A DNA stretch of 63,187 bases, the filler included, from Octopus bimaculoides (taxonomy: Eukaryota), in assembly GCF_001194135.2 (NCBI RefSeq). It is 6 parts of 6 records of this genome, joined end to end, with 100 filler letters (N's around TTAATTAATTAA, not from the genome) between each part and the next. Parts side by side here need not be neighbours in the genome. Positions count along the whole stretch, not along the records: positions 30,878 to 50,791 come from NC_068983.1; positions 50,892 to 52,847 come from NW_026411435.1; positions 52,948 to 61,049 come from NC_068986.1; 3 more parts are not named here. One strand, given 5' to 3'. Below, piece by piece: positions 49,859-61,149 of the stretch (positions within the stretch are counted from its first letter, which is position 1; every line of letters starts with the position of its first letter). The notes beneath the pieces were generated by a model that ran no database searches, was not told the origin of the DNA, and saw only the letters and a program-made list of their open reading frames with translations. The position numbers and the translations under genes were made by a program.

Positions 49859-49904
<46 letters not shown>

Positions 49905-50025
49905 TTAGACACAACAGAGGTAACCCTTAACAGGCAACTAGAAGGAGCAGTCAAAACGACCAAAACCACATTTAAGAACAATTTCAAAGGGAACAGAAAA
50001 TAAAATCTTTTACCTTGTTTTTTTA

Positions 50026-50097
50026 CAGCCATACCTAGGTTTCAAACTCTGATTAGCAAATAAATAATTTGCTAGGAGGAGTTCTCATCAGTGGCTA
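50026..50097 (-). ncRNA. Type I minimal hammerhead ribozyme, apparently intact
   Basis: TAGCCA-CTGATGA-GAACTC...GAGTTT-GAAA-C-CTAG-G-TA-TGGCTG; stem II extended by TAGCAAAT/ATTTGCTA. Confidence 0.85.
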
Positions 50098-50464
50098 TGC
50101 CAAAACCTTAACATATAATTTAGAGATGGATTAACACGTGTCTCATCATTATATATCATAATTTTTAAAATTCACCGTGCAAGCACGGTTTCAAATGGTG
50201 TTGAATGAAAAGATGCTGAATTAATCTTCCGGAATAGCTAAAATCATATATATATATATATGTATATCATTGAAGCTGAAAAAATAATGTTTACTTAGTT
50301 TCATCATCAGACAGTTGTGAGTATTTAGAATACTGCAATAGTTAATTACTATAAGTATTCATGATTCACACACACACACACATACACACACACACACACA
50401 CACACATGCGAACATGCACATGCATGTGTGCGCGCACACACACACTCAAAATCAATTGCTTCAA

Positions 50465-50762
50465 AAAGATGATTTAGTCATGTTGAGAAATGAAAGTATG
50501 AATAGATTGAAATAAATTAAATTGATCTTCTTCATGATATCAATACTGAAGGTTCACATGTTTTTCTTTAAAAAGGCAAAAACTCACACGATGTTAGTGT
50601 TTCGTTTCCATTAGATTGTTGCACTAGCAACATATAACATTTTTTGAAGGAAAACATGGAAAGTTCCAGAACTGAAATTATGAAGAAGATCAATTTAAAC
50701 TAATTTATTTCAATTTAATTCTGTTTATTTCCTTTTATTTCAGCATGACAAAATCATCTTTA
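50465..50762. repeat. ~300-bp fold-back (MITE-like) with ~100-bp imperfect arms
   Basis: AAAGATGATTTAGTCATGTTGA...ATTGAAATAAATTAAATTGATCTTCTTCAT is mirrored at about 50645-50762; central palindrome TGTTGC-ACTA-GCAACA. Confidence 0.75.
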
Positions 50763-50791
50763 AAAGATTTATATATGTATATATATGTATA

Positions 50792-50891
50792 NNNNNNNNN
50801 NNNNNNNNNNNNNNNNNNNNNNNNNNNNNNNNNNNTTAATTAATTAANNNNNNNNNNNNNNNNNNNNNNNNNNNNNNNNNNNNNNNNNNNN
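50792..50891. other. Artificial scaffold-join spacer
   Basis: N44-TTAATTAATTAA-N44. Confidence 0.95.
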
Positions 50892-51562
50892 TAAACACCA
50901 ACCAGCATTGCTTAGTCCCTTTTGACAAGGAGAATGGACAGTCCATTTCCCCCCCTCCACCTCTCCGGTACCAACACCTACCCCTGTTTACACACACAAA
51001 CACACACACACACACACGCATACACGCATACACGCATACACTCACACACACGTTGCACGTTACTCAAACATATATATATACATATATACACCCACGCATT
51101 CGAGCAACATCCACTACACAACAACAGCAACTGCAACAACTACAATGGGAACAACTACTACTACTACTACTACTACTACTACTGATGCTATACATACACA
51201 CATACATATATACATGCGCATACACATAGACACATACACACATGCGTAAATACATAGTGACTGAGAAACTTGTATTGTATAACGATAACTTGTACTACTA
51301 CTACTACTACTACTACTACTATAGCAAGTCAGCGAACACCTACCCATCCGTCCACCCACCCTCCCACATTGTTTCTTTTCTCTTTCTTTTCTTTCTTCTT
51401 TTTATTTGTATTTTCAAGCGAATGTCACGCCCACGAAAAGTACTAAGAACTATGCTAAGGACATTGGCAAAAGCAGAGGCATGCAATGGTCAGTTTGACC
51501 AATGAGTGGACACTACTGTTTGACCATCGTAGCGACACCAGATCCGTACTAAAGCCTAGATA

Positions 51563-51870
51563 CCAATACTGACTACCAAAATTGTACCAACAACTACTTT
51601 TACGGAAAACTAAGAAAGAATTTCAGAGTCGTAACACTAAAAATGCTTCATCATTAAGGACGCTTCTGCTACAAGAATGGATGAATGAATACCAATTCGG
51701 AATACCAACCAAAATACTGACTACCAAAATTGTAGCAATGACCAAAGGATACTAATAAGTCTTTTAGTAGTTTTACTGAAAAGTAAGAAAGAAGTTCATA
51801 GTAGAAACACTAAGTTCTTCATCACTAAGGAAACATCTGCTACAAGAATGAATGGATACCAATTCTGAAC
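51563..51870. repeat. Degenerate ~150-bp tandem duplication
   Basis: AATACTGACTACCAAAATTGTA...AAGAAAGAA...CTTCATCA-TAAGGA...CTGCTACAAGAATG...ATACCAATTC occurs twice. Confidence 0.8.
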
Positions 51871-52110
51871 TAAGAACACACACACATTCCAAACTGTATC
51901 AGTAAAATACCAAAGTAGACGGCACCATACCAATACTAACGGCCAATAATAGCAGCACCATATCAACCACCACCAAGACAGGAAATTCTACTACGCCAAA
52001 TGCATTCATAAAATCACACACCCATTCCATACTAAAACTAAAAGTACTCCATACCAACCGACGAACCAACCAACAAGCTGGCCAGCCAGCCAGCTGGATT
52101 ATTATAATAC

Positions 52111-52159
<49 letters not shown>

Positions 52160-52847
52160 GTTATTATTATTATACATAGTATGTATAACTTTTATCGCAT
52201 TTCCCGTCGCCTTTCCCTCCTCCATCTTTTCTGCCCTTTCCTTTTTCGTGTAAAACCGCCTTCCTTGCCCACCCCCCGTAACACAACGAACTTTGTAAAC
52301 TACTGCTGTCCTTGTAATTTATCTGATGCCCTTGTGCCAAATGAAAGACATCATCATCGTCATCATCATCATCATCATCATCGTCATCATCATCATCGTC
52401 ATCGTCATCATCATCATCGTCATCGTCATCATCGTCATCATCGTTGTCGTCGTCGTCGTCATCATCATAAATTATCATCATTATTATTGTTCTTCTTATT
52501 GTTCTACATATTCCATACCAAACCACACCACGCTACCACAACATACAACACCACACTCACACATACACACACACAAAGGCACGCACACACACGCACACAC
52601 ACGCACGCATACACACACCAGACAACCCCTGTTCTTACAAAACCACACACCCTAAGCAATCACTCCACACAAAGTAAACCCCCATCCCACCCCATACACC
52701 ACCACCACCACTGTGCACCCCACCACTCCACCAGGATATACCACACCGCAGCTCTCACTATCACTTATCGTTGAATAGCATAACCGCCACGTCACGTCAC
52801 GTCACGCCGCCATACAATCCACTTCATACTGCTTTTGTACGAAGCTA

Positions 52848-52947
52848 NNNNNNNNNNNNNNNNNNNNNNNNNNNNNNNNNNNNNNNNNNNNTTAATTAAT
52901 TAANNNNNNNNNNNNNNNNNNNNNNNNNNNNNNNNNNNNNNNNNNNN
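52848..52947. other. Artificial scaffold-join spacer
   Basis: N44-TTAATTAATTAA-N44. Confidence 0.95.
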
Positions 52948-53851
52948 ATATATATATATATATATATATATAACGTATATAGATAAATATGCATATATAT
53001 ACATATATACATGTATACATACACATATGTTTATATATATATGCATATGTATATGCATACATGAATATGTAGAAATATGTGTGTTTTTATGTATATAGAA
53101 ACAAATGTATATACATGCATGTGTGTGTGTGCATACATTTGCATATGTGTATACATGTATACTTGTGTGCGTGTGTGTGTATATATATATATGATAGTCT
53201 TGCATTAACGGAGTTGAAAAGGAATTTGAAAGCTCTAACAACGCGGTTTTGATTTTGTTGTTTGTTTATTCTGCTATTACTTCGACTTTTGTGAATCCTT
53301 TAAAAAATTTGCTCTGTAACAAGGACGTGGAAAAATGGGAGCTAAAAGAGGAAGATGGCACCAAAATTTCTTGTACTCCTTGTCGAGGCCGAAATGCAAA
53401 TGTAATTGAAACTGTATGTTTAAATGACCACAAATCAGCCGGTGTAACATTCCACTGGCAACAGTTCATCATAGCACCAGTCAGTCATACAAGAATCCTT
53501 CCGCAGTTTTTCTCCTCCATGTTCACCATGTATGTTACTTTTGTAAGCCATTCACTTTTTTAACCCTCTATTTTATTAAAATAGCATTGGTTTGTTTATA
53601 CAAATCCCTATTTATATAAGGTCCATTAAGAGGAGACAACCCCTCATAATACTATCAATAATATTAATATTGGTAAGTTATAATCAATCCTCTATTACAA
53701 TGGAAATCTATACTATATTATCCTTAATGGACCTTTGTTTAAAAAGGAACTTATTTGACGAAGAAACTTGAATATGGACGGAACTTAGAGATGTCTTGGT
53801 ATTTACCTCTTGTTCTTGATTTTTTGTTTTTTTGTTTGTTCTTAAATGTAT

Positions 53852-53938
53852 TTCCCTGAAGACGTGTAAGGCAAATTATATGTTTGACTTAAATTTGACA
53901 GTCAAATATAGCCTTATACAGAAATGTTGACATAGGAA
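53852..53938 (+). ncRNA. Type I minimal hammerhead ribozyme with long stem II
   Basis: TTCC-CTGAAGA-c-GTGTAAGGC...GCCTTATAC-a-GAAA-T-GTTGAC-A-TA-GGAA; C10.1/A11.1 mismatch consistent with CpG decay. Confidence 0.7.
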
Positions 53939-53997
53939 TAAATGTCAATAATAATGGATATTAGCGTCAAAACTCTCTTTTAAATTTAAAACTTTGG

Positions 53998-54034
<37 letters not shown>

Positions 54035-54424
54035 NNNNNNNNNNNNNNNNNNNNNNNNNNNNNNNNNNNNNNNNNNNNNNNNNNNNNNNNNNNNNNNNNN
54101 NNNNNNNNNNNNNNNNNNNNNNNNNNNNNNNNNNNNNNNNNNNNNNNNNNNNNNNNNNNNNNNNNNNNNNNNNNNNNNNNNNNNNNNNNNNNNNNNNNNN
54201 NNNNNNNNNNNNNNNNNNNNNNNNNNNNNNNNNNNNNNNNNNNNNNNNNNNNNNNNNNNNNNNNNNNNNNNNNNNNNNNNNNNNNNNNNNNNNNNNNNNN
54301 NNNNNNNNNNNNNNNNNNNNNNNNNNNNNNNNNNNNNNNNNNNNNNNNNNNNNNNNNNNNNNNNNNNNNNNNNNNNNNNNNNNNNNNNNNNNNNNATATA
54401 TATATATATATATATATACATATA

Positions 54425-54588
54425 TACGACACGCTTCTTTCAGTTTCCGTCTACCAAATCCATTCACAAGGCTTTGGTCGGCCCGAGGCTATAGTAGAAG
54501 ACACTTGCCCAAGGTGCCACGCAGTAGGAATGAACCCGGAACCATGTGTTTGGTAAGCAAGCTACTGACCACACAGCCACTCCTGCGC
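54425..54588 (-). mobile_element. Family-A SINE, well preserved
   Basis: CpG-intact copy. Confidence 0.85.
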
Positions 54589-55025
54589 TACCATTACCTT
54601 TTTGTATCTGATACTGTAGACGTTATTTGAATTGTCTTCTTTATTTTATTTTACTTTATATATTTATTTCTTGTTTTATAAAATCTTCAAATTCATTATT
54701 TATGTGGTCGTATTACAATCACCATTGTCGAAGACTCTTGTTACTACGATTGCTACGGATGGAGTCATTTCCACACACATTGACGCACACGCACACACAT
54801 GCACGTACTCAAAGATATCAGCACTCACACACGCAAGCACACACACACACACATATCAGCATTCACACACACACATCAACGTACTCACACATCAACGTAC
54901 TCACACATATCAGCACTCACACACACACATCTACACACACTCACATCCTCCTCTCAGACAGTAATCAAATTTTCAAAAGACAAAATGAAATCTAAACAGA
55001 TCTGACTGGCTGTACCTCAAAACTA

Positions 55026-55361
55026 ATGATGATATCGCTAATGGTAATGACGACGACGACGACGACGACGACGATGATGATGATGATGATGACGATGATG
55101 ATGGTGATGACGACGACGATGATGATGATGATGATGACGATGATGATGATGATGATGACGATGACGACGATGATGATGGTGATGACGACGACGACGATGA
55201 TGATGATGATGACGACGACGATGATGATGATGATGATGATGATGACGATGATGATGATGATGATGACGACGATGATGATGATGATGATGGCGACGATGAT
55301 GATGATGATGATGATGACGATGATGATGGTGATGACGATGATGATGATGATGATGATGATG

Positions 55362-55395
<34 letters not shown>

Positions 55396-55469
55396 AGAGG
55401 TGGGAGAGGAGAAAAAGAACAACAAGAACAACAAGAACATCAACAGCAAGAAGAGCAAGAACAAGAATA

Positions 55470-55510
<41 letters not shown>

Positions 55511-55530
55511 AACAATAATAATTGTAGTGA
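55026..55530. repeat. Compound (GAT)/(GAC)/(AAT)/(AAC) trinucleotide array
   Basis: Seen directly in the sequence. Confidence 0.95.
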
Positions 55531-57093
55531 TGATGATGATGAAAGACAGTGGTGGTGGCGATGGTGAAAGAGGAGAAGGGGCACCGGTGTGTGTGTGTGG
55601 GGTGGGGGTGATTGGTGATATTACAAGAAGTAAATGCTGTCTTTCTTAGTTGCCGATTCCATAATGACACAATAAACCGAATGCGGATGTCTAAGAGCTA
55701 TTTACTGGTCTCAACAATAATAATAAGTAACGCAAGCTTTTAATTTATCAATGACATATGTAATCAGATATCACAACAAAGCAGTCACAGATAGTTAGCT
55801 GAAAGCTGGAAAGAGCAAAAGAAAGAAAGGGGAGAAAAGGTTTTTCGAGGTGGAGGAAGGTGGAGAGAAAGGGGACAGTCAAAGGAACCGCTTCAGCTTA
55901 TTCTGGCCGAGCATTCTTTCAGTTTCCACTTCTATAGATGCATATTATACGGTCTAACAGAGCCAGCTTATCTAGATAGCATCGAGTAATCAGTGAATGA
56001 GTTTCCTTGATTTCCAAAAATACGCCAAATGCTTCTGTGAGTCTGGAAATGAATAGAAACGGTTGGTTACTTTTGAAAGTGAAAGTAAGATAGCGATGAA
56101 AGCAAGTGTGAGTGTAAAAGGTACTGAGGATTTATCTAGAAAAGATATCATAATTAAGTAGCAAACCGTGATAAGGACTGCTCTTTCAGGTTCTTCACTT
56201 AGTTATGAAACACAGAATTAATTTCGTCGAGCGGTAGGTGGGTTGTAGGAGATGGATTAAGCGTAGGTGATGTGTGGTGTTGGAATGATGAAGGTTGAGA
56301 TCAACGGTTCAATGAAAGAAATCTCTTTTATCTCAAACCTATGCTATCAATTTGACCATTGATAGATTTTATAGCTTTCTTCTATTTCTCTTCAATAACT
56401 ATCATACCAAAATGTCTTTCTTATTTTATTCAGCTTATTCAAGGGAAAAAGAAAAAAAAAGATTTTTTTTTTTTAATTTGTCCAGTAATCAATCGTATAT
56501 GCTTGAGAAAACCGGAAAATTTAATTTGATTTTAAAGGTAATGGACAGAGACAGAGTAAATTTAAATAGTATTGTCTGTTCGGCTTTTAAACCACCTTGT
56601 CACTGCCATATTCAACACCGTTCTCGCCATCATTAAGAGAAAACAAAAACAACAGCAATAACAACAATAACGACAACAACGATAACAACCACAACAACAA
56701 ACTCCAGTTTCCCTACCGCCCCCCCTCCCCACCCACCGTCCAATTGTCCACAAAACACATTGAAGTTTCCTTCAATTGCACAAAAGAATCCATTCAATAT
56801 ATTTACAGTGGATTATCCATGTAGCCTGTGCGACATCTATATTTCTTATCNNNNNNNNNNNNNNNNNNNNNNNNNNNNNNNNNNNNNNNNNNNNNNNNNN
56901 NNNNNNNNNNNNNNNNNNNNNNNNNNNNNNNNNNNNNNNNNNNNNNNNNNNNNNNNNNNNNNNNNNNNNNNNNNNNNNNNNNNNNNNNNNNNNNNNNATA
57001 GGTACACCATACAATGCACGCGTCACATCTACACAACACCCTCCTCTATTCTCTCTCCCAGAATCATTCTTTCCTTTCCGTTCACATCTCATT

Positions 57094-57220
57094 TTATCCT
57101 GTCCGATCTTTCTTACCTACTTTTTCTTTCTTTTCTTTCTCATCTTCCAACATTTCTTTCGCTATCTTTTCTTTATTTCTTCCTTTCTCTCTCTTTCTCT
57201 CTTTCTTCCTTCCTTTTTCT

Positions 57221-57272
<52 letters not shown>

Positions 57273-57284
57273 TCGTTCTTTGGT

Positions 57285-57319
<35 letters not shown>

Positions 57320-57800
57320 CCTATTTCTATATTTCTTTCTTTTCTTACTCTCTTTTTCTCTATCTTCATATTTTTCTTTTTCTTTGTTTCTTTCTTTCGT
57401 TTTCTTTCTCTCTTTCTTTCCTTCTTGCTTTCTTTCTTTCTTTTTTCTTTCTTTTTTCTTTCTTTTTTCTTTCTTTCTTTCTTTGTTTGTTTGTTTGTTT
57501 CTTTCTTTCATTCTTTCTTCCTTCTTCTTTTTCTGTCTTTCTTTTTCCGTTCCTTCTGCCTTTCTCTCTTTCCTTTTCTCTTTCTGTCTCCCTTTTCTTC
57601 GTTCTTTCTTTCTTTCTCTTCCTCTTTCTTCTTCCTTTCTTTCTCTCTCTTCCTCTTTTCTTCTTTCTTTCATTCTTTCTCTTCTTTCCTTTTCTTTCTT
57701 TCTTTCTTTCTTTCTTTCTCTCTTCCTCTTCTTTCTTTCTTTCTCTCCCACACTTCCTCTCTCATGCTTTCTCACCCTCTCCCTCCCTCTCAACCTCTCC
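57094..57800. repeat. Polypyrimidine (TTTC)n-rich tract
   Basis: About 700 nt that are almost exclusively C/T on the plus strand. Confidence 0.95.
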
Positions 57801-58109
57801 TTAATTATTCTTATCCAAAATCCCACTCGTTGCAGCGATTGGTCGTACGATCTCGGCTTGACCCGAAACATAAGAATACTTCTCGTGTTTATCGTTTAGC
57901 TAAATGCCCTTGTTACTGTTTTCAATCTTATTAACTAAGACAGAACCAAACATCTTCACTGCACCATCCAACCACGACCACAACGGACGATTCCAATAGA
58001 TATTTTACAGCCTCGAGATAATATTTACTACCAAATATGCAAGAAATTATCATTTCAAATGAGGAAAACTTTTTGAGACGTATTTACAGAGAACAAAGAT
58101 ATTAGTGAT

Positions 58110-58147
58110 TCAGGAGGAAATGTTATAGTTGTTGTTGTTGTTGTTGC

Positions 58148-58187
<40 letters not shown>

Positions 58188-58291
58188 GCTAAGGTTTTCT
58201 TTCCTTCCCATATTTCTTTTTATTTGTATCAACATCCACGTTGTCAGCAAGATTATCGTCATCGTCGTCATCGTCGTCGTCGTCGTCGTCG

Positions 58292-58322
<31 letters not shown>

Positions 58323-58365
58323 CGTCGTCATCATCGTCATCATCATCTTCATCAGTGTCATCATC

Positions 58366-58398
<33 letters not shown>

Positions 58399-58805
58399 GT
58401 CATCGTCATCGTCGTCATCATTATCACCATCAGCGTCATCAACATCGTCATCATTATCGTTACAATCATCGTTGTCATGATGATGATGATGATCATGATC
58501 ATGATCATCATCATCATCATCATTATTATCATCATCAACATCGTCGTCGTTGTCGCCATCATCATTATCATCATCATCATGATCATCAGTGTTATCATCA
58601 ACGTCATCGAGATCATCATCGTAATCTGCATCAACACCATCCTGCTACTTTCCCTCTTCCTCCTCCTCCTCTTCCTCCGCTTCCTCTTCCTCCGCTTCCT
58701 CCTCCTCCTCCTCCTCCTCCTCCACTTCCTCCTCCTCCTCATCATCAGCGTCATCATCATCATCATCATCATCATCATCACCACCATCATCATCATCATC
58801 ACCAC

Positions 58806-58849
<44 letters not shown>

Positions 58850-58910
58850 CCATCATCATTATCATCATCATCAACCTCAATCGTCATCATCGTCATCGTC
58901 GTCACCCTCG

Positions 58911-58964
<54 letters not shown>

Positions 58965-58995
58965 TCATAATCATCATCATCATCATCATCGTCAT
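58110..58995. repeat. Compound (GTT)/(CAT)/(CGT)/(CCT)/(CAG) array
   Basis: Seen directly in the sequence. Confidence 0.95.
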
Positions 58996-59525
58996 AACAG
59001 CATAAACTGCGAGCTCCTAGGAAATGTTGTTTATTCGAAAGAACAAACGTGATAATGACTTGCAGTAAATTTAAGAGATGTGCTATTTTTGAGCTGTTAA
59101 ATTAGGGATATTAAATTAATACTCGCAGGGTATGACAAAGAGAAACAAAGAAAAATAGAGTGCCTCAGCGATAATTAACGAAGCTAATTTAATTGTGAGC
59201 TAATTATTAACATCTGTCTTACAGGAAATGGTTGCGCAATCCTTCTGTAAATATGTTTAGGCATGTAAATCTATTTAGCTACACATCTCTTCTTCTATAG
59301 ACAAATAAAACATGCACACTGCACATTGCATACAGCAACACACATATACACAAGCACTTATATACTATATATATGCATATCATATATGCATATCATTATT
59401 CATATATCTACAAACACACACATATATATATATACATATACACATGGGTATATGTGTATATTTATATATAAAAATCATATATATATATATATATATGTCT
59501 GTGTGTGTCTGTGTGTGAGTGTGTG

Positions 59526-59688
59526 GGCGTAGTCGTGGCTGTGTGGTAAGAAGCTTGCTTCCCAACCTATGGTTCCGCGTTCAGTCCCACTGCGTGGCAC
59601 CTTGGGCAAGTGTCTTCTACTATAGCCTCGAGCCGAACAAAGCTTTGTGTGTGCATTTGATTGAAAGATAGTGAAACAAGCCTGTCGT
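59526..59688 (+). mobile_element. Family-A SINE
   Basis: GGCGTAGTCGTGGCTGTGTGGTAAGAAGCTTGC... Confidence 0.8.
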
Positions 59689-60656
59689 GTGTGTGTGTGT
59701 GTGTGTATGTATATATATATATATATAGTTATCGCCAAGCCAACATGGCAGTCCCAAAATTAGGACGAAAGCTATTAACTATTAATTTCCAGTACCGCTG
59801 CCGTAGTCTCCTTTAGAGAGACTTAGAAATATTAATAACTATATATATATATANNNNNNNNNNNNNNNNNNNNNNNNNNNNNNNNNNNNNNNNNNNNNNN
59901 NNNNNNNNNNNNNNNNNNNNNNNNNNNNNNNNNNNNNNNNNNNNNNNNNNNNNNNNNNNNNNNNNNNNNNNNNNNNNNNNNNNNNNNNNNNNNNNNNNNN
60001 NNNNNNNNNNNNNNNNNNNNNNNNNNNNNNNNNNNNNNNNNNNNNNNNNNNNNNNNNNNNNNNNNNNNNNNNNNNNNNNNNNNNNNNNNNNNNNNNNNNN
60101 NNNNNNNNNNNNNNNNNNNNNNNNNNNNNNNNNNNNNNNNNNNNNNNNNNNNNNNNNNNNNNNNNNNNNNNNNNNNNNNNNNNNNNNNNNNNNNNNNNNN
60201 NNNNNNNNNNNNNNNNNNNNNNNNNNNNNNNNNNNNNNNNNNNNNNNNNNNNNNNNNNNNNNNNNNNNNNNNNNNNNNNNNNNNNNNNNNNNNNNNNNNN
60301 NNNNNNNNNNNNNNNNNNNNNNNNNNNNNNNNNNNNNNNNNNNNNNNNNNNNNNNNNNNNNNNNNNNNNNNNNNNNNNNNNNNNNNNNNNNNNNNNNNNN
60401 NNNNNNNNNNNNNNNNNNNNNNNNNNNNNNNNNNNNNNNNNNNNNNNNNNNNNNNNNNNNNNNNNNNNNNNNNNNNNNNNNNNNNNNNNNNNNNNNNNNN
60501 NNNNNNNNNNNNNNNNNNNNNNNNNNNNNNNNNNNNNNNNNNNNNNNNNNNNNNNNNNNNNNNNNNNNNNNNNNNNNNNNNNNNNNNNNNNNNNNNNNNN
60601 NNNNNNNNNNNNNNNNNNNNNNNNNNNNNNNNNNNNNNNNNNNNTATATATATATA

Positions 60657-60805
60657 TACGACGGGCTTCTCTCAGTTTCCGTCTACCAAATCCACTCACG
60701 AGAATTTGGTCAGCCCGAGGCAAAAGTAGGAGACACTTGCCCAAAGTGCCATGCAGTGAGGCTCAACCCAGAATGTGGCTGGGAAGCAAGCGTCTTAACA
60801 TACAG
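60657..60805 (-). mobile_element. Family-A SINE
   Basis: ACGACGGGCTTCT-TCAGTTTCCGTCTACCAAATCCACTCAC... Confidence 0.8.
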
Positions 60806-61049
60806 CTATATATATATGCATACATATATATATTAACATACAATGAGCTACTATAATAATATATTAAGATATTAAGATATATTAAATTCATTGTAATATA
60901 GGTGGTTATAGCAATTAAAACCAAAAAAGTAAAATTAATAAATGAGATTGCAAACTAGTACTTCAAATTGCTAGAAATGAGAGCCAAAATTTAATTCGAA
61001 CAACCAAGCAAAAGCACTAACCTCTTGTCGTATATATGTATATATATAT

Positions 61050-61149
61050 NNNNNNNNNNNNNNNNNNNNNNNNNNNNNNNNNNNNNNNNNNNNTTAATTA
61101 ATTAANNNNNNNNNNNNNNNNNNNNNNNNNNNNNNNNNNNNNNNNNNNN
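61050..61149. other. Artificial scaffold-join spacer truncating the long ORF
   Basis: N44-TTAATTAATTAA-N44. Confidence 0.95.

Noticed and set aside
54973-59052. Long ORFs of poly-M, poly-S, poly-H or FLSF type in the ORF track
   Set aside because: They are translations of trinucleotide and TTTC microsatellites that lack stop codons by composition.
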